Source: the human T2T-CHM13v2.0 reference genome, Homo sapiens
Length of the DNA stretch: 64,000 nt
NCBI RefSeq assembly: GCF_009914755.1
Contig: NC_060926.1
Direction: 5' to 3' (one strand)
The translations under genes were made by a program, and so were the position numbers. The notes beneath the pieces were generated by a model. That model saw only the letters and a program-made list of their open reading frames with translations, made no database searches and was not told where the DNA came from. Shown one piece after another: positions 58,080 through 64,000 of the stretch; positions within the stretch are counted from its first letter, which is position 1, and each line of letters starts with the position of its first letter.

Positions 58080-58700
58080 GATGAGGGTGGTGAGGATGCT
58101 GCTGGTGGTGGTGATGGGGATTATGATGGAGGTGATGGTAGTGGTTGTGATGGCAACAGAGGTGGTGATGATCATTGTAGTGGTGGTGAGTGATTGTAGT
58201 AGAGATGATGATGGTGATGGTGATGTTGGGACTGAGGTAAAGGTGACAGTGGTGTTAGTGGTAGCGGTGGTAGTGACAGTGATGGCAGGGATCTTGGGGG
58301 GGCGGTAGTAGTAGTAATGTTATGCTGATGGGATTGGTGGTGGTGATGGTAATGTTGATACAGGTGATGGTGGTGATGATGGTAATAGTAGTGGTGATGA
58401 CCATTGATGGTGGTATAACTGCAATGATGGTGGTGATGGTGATGGTGGTGTTACTGGTAACAGTGGCCATGATGGTGTTGTTAGTATTCATGGTAGTGTT
58501 GATGGTTGTGTCATTGGTAGTGACGGCAGTAATGGTGATATTAGTAGTCATGGTGGTGGTGACGGTGGTGTTAGTGGTAGTGCTGGCAGTACTGGTGATA
58601 TTAGTGGCAGCAATGGTGGTGACAGCAGCATTAGCAGTACCAGTGGTGATGATGGTGGAGCTGATGGTGGTGGTGATGGTGGTGGTGGTGGTTATAATGG
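58080..58700. repeat. Degenerate (GGT/GAT)n trinucleotide tract with 30/60-bp periodicity
   Basis: Segments starting at 58441, 58501 and 58561 align at a 60-bp offset. Confidence 0.93.
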
Positions 58701-58820
58701 CAACAGTATTAGGTATAGACAAGATTCTACTGAAACAAAGGTTTATTAAAATGTTATTAATTTCAGGCACTCACTATGGTAAAGAAAATAAAGAAGTAAA
58801 CCCTTTTTTTGAAAAGCATC

Positions 58821-59187
58821 TGTATTGGTCCATTTTCACACTGCTGATAAAGATATACCCAAGACTGGGCAATTTATAAAAGAAAGAGATTCAATTGGAC
58901 TTACAGTTCCACATGGCAGGGGAAGCCTCACGATCATGGCAGAAGGCAAGGAGGAGCATGTCACGTTTTACATGAATGGCAGCAGACAAATGGAGAGACT
59001 GTGCAGGGAAACTCCCGTTTTTAAAACCATCAGATCTCGTGAGACCCATTCACTATCAGAAGAATAGCATGGGAAAGACCCGCCCCCATGATTCAATCAT
59101 CTACCACCGGGTCCCTCCCACAACACGTGGGAATTATGGGAGCTGCAATATAAGATTTGGGTGGGGACAGAGAGCCAAACCGTATCA
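58821..59187 (-). mobile_element. MaLR solo LTR, THE1B-like
   Basis: TGTATTGGTCCATTTTCACACTGCTGATAAAGA...CGTATCA; perfect TSD GCATC. Confidence 0.95.
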
Positions 59188-59866
59188 GCATCAGCTTCTA
59201 ATTCTTTTCTATTTCTCACTGGTATACATATTACAGGCAAAGGCACACAGTAGGCACCAAATAAATGTAATTTAATTTGCGATTTTTATGTCTTAAAAGA
59301 AACAGCTGATCCAGGAAATTCTGTTAAGATATCCCTAAGCCCAAAAGGACAACATTAAGCGGTGATAAGAAAACTTTTGCTGAAAAGTTATAAAGGTACT
59401 TTAAAATGAAAGGAAAAGAGAGCAGAGGAGAGAGGACAAGGAAACCTCTTAAAATCAGGGAGGTGGATACCAGCCCTATCTAGGAAGGAAAAGGAAGTAA
59501 GAAAACCATGGAGTGTGGAGCCCCTTGCTGACTCTTAACAGTCTTGCAGGGCAGGCTCTGTGACCTGCATTCCACAGAGGAGAACAGAGGCTCACACAGG
59601 CAGAGGCCAAGGCACTGCAGAAATCACAGCCCTGGGCCCAGAGGGCACCAGCCTGCCCAGCTCTCTCCAATACCAGCTCTAGACCGTCAGCCTGAGGAAC
59701 GAAGGAATTCTATGGAATGGCCCTTCTGGAAGCACATGAAGCTCTGAGGACTTTAGCCATAAGACTTTAGCTGTAGTATCCGATGTGGTCCTGTTGATGG
59801 CATTCATGAAATATGCCTGACAGGGGTTGTTTCTCCTCAGATTTTTGAAACTTCCTTGTCCAGTTT

Positions 59867-60343
59867 TGAGGTAGGCAGTGGGACTCGACTCTGAAGGCAG
59901 GGCTTGGACTCCAGACCAGATTAAAGACTGGCTGAGACAGGTAAGAGGCTAAAGTACCTCTCCATAAGACATGCCCACCACTGCCATGTCAGTTTACCAC
60001 TGCCATGGCAACACCTGGAAGTTATCAACCCTTTCCAGGGCAATGACCCAGAAGTTACCACCCTTTTTCTAAACATTTCTGCATAATCCTCCCCTTAATT
60101 TGCATGTAATTAAAAGTGGGTATAACTATAACTGCTGAACTTCCCCTGAGCTGCTTCTGCGGGCACACTGCCTATGGGTAGCCCTGCTCTGCAAGGAGCA
60201 GTTCCTCTGCTGCTGCTGTACACTGCCGCTTCAATAAAAGTTGCTGTCTGACACCTCCAGCTCACACATGAATTCTTTCCTGAGTGACACCAAGAACCCT
60301 CCTGGGCTAAGCCCCAACTTGGGCGCTCGCCTGTGCTGCATCC
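59867..60343 (+). mobile_element. ERV1-class solo LTR, MER66-like (second copy)
   Basis: Colinear with 1138-1611, sharing CCATAAGACATGCCCACCA and TTGCATGTAATTAAAAGTGGGTA. Confidence 0.8.
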
Positions 60344-60439
60344 ATTTGATTTCTGCCTGCCTTAGGTTTTCACTCCAAATGGATTGTGGCTAAGACACCA
60401 AGTCTATCATTATGTTCCACTGCAAATCTGAGGCTACAC

Positions 60440-60460
60440 AAAGAAACAGTGAATACATGT

Positions 60461-60496
<36 letters not shown>

Positions 60497-60897
60497 GTGT
60501 GTGATTTATTCTGAGGTATTGGCTCACACATTATGGAACCTGAGAAACTCCATGATCTGCCATCAACAAGCTGGAGACCCAGTGGTGTAATTCAGACCGA
60601 GTCCCAAGGCCTGAGAACCCAGAGAGCTAATGATATACATCCCAGGCCGAGGGTGGAGAAAATGAGTTGAGATGCCCCAGCTAAAGCAGTGAGGTAGAAA
60701 AGAGGCAAGTTCCTCCTTCCTCTGTCTTGTGTTCTGTTCAGGCCCTCAGTGGATTGAATGGCACCACCCACACTGGGGAGAGAGGTCTCCCTGACAGAGT
60801 CACTGATTCAAATACTAACCTCATTCTGAAACACCCCACAGACACATCCAAGAGTGTCCTGCGACCCACACAAATTCACATGTAAAACTAACCATCA
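60440..60897 (-). mobile_element. ERVL LTR, MLT2-like, with an internal (TG)n at ~60462-60503
   Basis: GATTTATT...TTGGCTCACAC...GCTGGAGACCCAG...AAAACTAACCATCA. Confidence 0.85.
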
Positions 60898-61529
60898 TGA
60901 GAGCAAAGAACCAAACTTGCATGACTGGAGTAGACCACGCGCATGGCCAGGCAGCAGTGGTGGAATCCCTGTGCCCGCTTTTGACATTGCTGAGTTTCTT
61001 ACTGGCCTGATCCAAGCTGCACACTTGATTACAGAGCATGACCAAAAACAAAAAAATACATTTATTCACCCCCTAAGTCACATAACACAGGTGACCTAGG
61101 ACAGGTGCTCCCCACCATTGAGGGCCCTGCTCTCCCACCCAACTTACTGGATTTTTGTGATTCAGAAAAGAAAAAGTGAAAGATTTGATTTTTCTGTTTA
61201 CTTTGCATTTATTTGCCATGGAATAAAGGCAATATACATGTATTGATGACAGTTTGGAAAACATTAAAAATTACTTTCAAAAAGCATGGAAAATCCATCC
61301 CTAGTTTGACCATCAGTAAACAAGCACAGTTAACATCTTGGCATTCCCGCCCTTTTTCAAGGTGTGTGTGCGCTTGATGAGGGGTGTGAGGAGGGTTGCT
61401 TTTTTTGTTGTTTTTGTTTTTTTTTTTAATATAATCAAGCTCAATTTCTCTAAATCAATTTTGATTTTTTTTTAATTTAAACTCCATTCACAAGCATTTC
61501 TAAACCATTAAATATAAAATAGCACCCAT

Positions 61530-61700
61530 CCATTTAGTCTGTTCACAACTTTGTGCTGGGCACCTACTAGTTGTCAGGCACCAGCTGGGGACACAGAGGT
61601 GAACAAGACAGAAAAGTCCCACCCGTACGTCTAGAAGTGAAGGTGGACATTAAACACTCACCATAAACCAAGGGAGGGCTGAGTCAGGGGGCCAAGAACA
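61530..61700 (-). mobile_element. L2 fragment
   Basis: GCACCTACTAGTTGTCAGGCAC...GCTGGGGACACAGAGGTGAACAAGACAG. Confidence 0.7.
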
Positions 61701-63839
61701 CGGAGAATGAACGCTGAGGGCGACTGTCCCGCCTGTGCGGCTGCTGGTCACCCTCTGTGAGGTCAGCCTTTCCACTGCACTGTGCCCACTCTGCGTGTGA
61801 CATGCTGCCTTGGTTTTAGAGCAAATGGAAATTTAAGTGTATTTAGTTATGAGAACTTGCAAGGTTGTTTTAAAACACCCTCTTGTGGTAACAGAAGGGG
61901 ATCTAAGATGTCTCCAGAGTTTTGGTCAACAGATCAACCCATTGAAAAACCATGACGAGCCCCGCAAAAGTGCCTCCCGCTGCATCACCACTCTCCTTCA
62001 GCTCAAAGGCTGTGGCCAGAGGAGGGGGCTTGGGGTGCAGGTCCTCCCTGGGAGGGACAGCCCATATGAGGCTGCGGCACAGCCTTCAGATCACGTCCAC
62101 CTCCAGCACAGAAGGCCATTGAGGTGTCCGTCAGGAAGTGCTCTGTGACTTGACGGACACATATTTGTGAATACAGAGCAATCAGGAAATATGCCCTGGC
62201 TTGAGTGCAGCCTCAATTCTGACATTTCATCCTCAGCAACACAGCTTCAGAGAGGCGGGCCTGCCTGTGTGGCAATAATAATAGTATATGATAATGCACA
62301 CGCTGGGGCCTGGGCTGACATTGCAGGCTGGGCCCTGTGCTGAGAACTAAGCATTTTTCAGAGATCTAATTTAACAGGAGCAAAGGTGGCTAGCAGACCT
62401 ACGGGGGCAGCTTCCCTAATCAACCTTTTCACACCCCAAAAGGTAAACACCTATGCATTAGTACAACTTAACCCAACAGCTAACTAGGACAGCATGCCCA
62501 GAGCACCTCTATTTTAAAAACAAATTGTGCATGTTAATAATTTTAAGTAAAGCTGAAATTTTTAAATTAACTTTTTAAATTTGTTTTTCGTTTCAATTGC
62601 TCTAAACCAGGCATGGGCCTGGGCATGGAATGAGCATTTCACATTTATAGACAAGTCTGAACTCGACAGTGATCTATAAATAAACTTTTTAAACTGGAGG
62701 TCCCAGCCACCTGCACAATGCAGCTGTGGCCTTATGCACAGACACTAACCCCAGCCCCCAGCTCCCAGCCCCCACCTCTTGGCAGCTAGCAGCCAACATC
62801 GTCTTCTTGGGGAAGAGACTTAGGACGCATTGGAAGATCTCCACAAGGCAGGGCACGGGGAGAAACTTGGCTAAAGAGAGAAGCAGTGGTGGTACTGGCG
62901 ATGAAGAGGGCAGGCAGGTCGCCCCTCTCCTCCACAGTGTGACTCTCAGGCCTGCTATGGACAGAGGGAAGGGGCCACCTGCCTGCCAGTCAGAGTGGCT
63001 CGCCTTGCTGATCTTCAGTGCTGCTCCTTGGGTCAGCTGTAGGATGAGAATTACTCTACCTGGGCTTGAAGATACCATTCTCTTCTCCTCAGACTCATTT
63101 GTGAAGCAGAGTTTAACATGTGGCAGCTATTCCTTCTTCTTTTTTTAATTAATGGAATAACCATCATGTTTCAAAATGTTCCAAGACACAGACATGCCAT
63201 GGAGAAGTGAAGGGTGGGAGCACATGAGTGTATCTTATTTCAATAAGAATACAGAGCCAAGGTATTTGAGCATAAGTAAATTAAAACTCGAGGACAGCCC
63301 CGAATAACAAGAGTGGGATGATCAGTGAAAGAGACCCAAGAGGAAGGAAACCAAAGTCAATACGAAAAGAGCTGGCCCTGGCCTGACCTTCCCATGGTAA
63401 CGGTCAAATGCTCACTGGGCTGGTGACGTCAAACCTTTACCATCCCCTTGCCAAGCTTTTCCTCACAGAGTTGCAACGCAGGCTGGAGGAAGCGGTGAAA
63501 GGGCAACAAAGGAGGGACCCAGCTGCCTCCACTCTCAGTTCAGGGCCACTGGAAGGCTTCTGCCCTGGCAGGCAAGTCCTCAAAAAAAAAAGGCAGTGAG
63601 CCTCAGTTTACCCAGGAAACTCTCTGGCATCAGGCCTTCCCCACCTCCTCTGACCAACTGGCTCCGCTGCCTGGAGGAATTGGCATGGTCCTAGGTGAGG
63701 AGGCACAGGAATCAGACTTGGTACCTGGATGGCGACCCTCTTCTCTCTTGGGGACCTGTCCTTTGTAGGAGGCCTCTGTGGAGTGGGATAGCCCCAACTT
63801 CCCAGAAGGGAAAAAAACTTTTGTAAAAGTGAGAAACAG

Positions 63840-64000
63840 CCCTCTCCCTCTCCCCGGTCTCCCTCTCCCTCTCCCCGGTCTCCCTCTCCCTCTCCCCAGT
63901 CTCCTTCTCTCTCTCCCTCTCTCTCCACGGTCTCCCTCTGATGCCGAGCCGAGGCTGGACTGTGCTGCCGCCATCTCGGCTCACTGCAACCTCCCTGCCT
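63840..64000 (+). mobile_element. 5' end of an SVA retrotransposon, continuing beyond the window
   Basis: (CCCTCT)n hexamer region then CCACGGTCTCCCTCTGATGCCGAGCCGAGGCTGGACTGT and antisense Alu-like sequence. Confidence 0.97.

Noticed and set aside
58322-58879. 185-aa multi-transmembrane-looking ORF as a real CDS
   Set aside because: Generated by a triplet repeat and runs into a THE1 LTR; no splice or expression evidence

Overview
Non-coding human or great-ape genomic DNA, intronic or intergenic. A near-intact AluYa5-lineage element and the 5' end of an SVA point to human. About half the window is transposon-derived: Alu, L1, MaLR/ERV LTRs, Tigger3, MER63, MIR/L2/L3. I find no credible protein-coding exon, RNA gene or CRISPR array; the ORF track is explained by repeats, low complexity or chance. 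The unusual signal is a cluster of short, locally templated copies. (1) A ~345 bp four-part mosaic copied from three nearby sites splits a Tigger3 element (10893-11237). (2) One 13-bp target-site duplication encloses both an Alu and a ~190 bp inverted copy of DNA lying 540 bp upstream (36961-37522). (3) A 63 bp L1 patch matches a neighbouring L1. (4) A ~150 bp dispersed duplication lies at 579/3927. These read as fossil DNA-repair or retrotransposition scars, not a new gene system. Repeat family names come from my recollection of consensus sequences, identities were counted by eye, and boundaries are approximate unless a TSD is cited.
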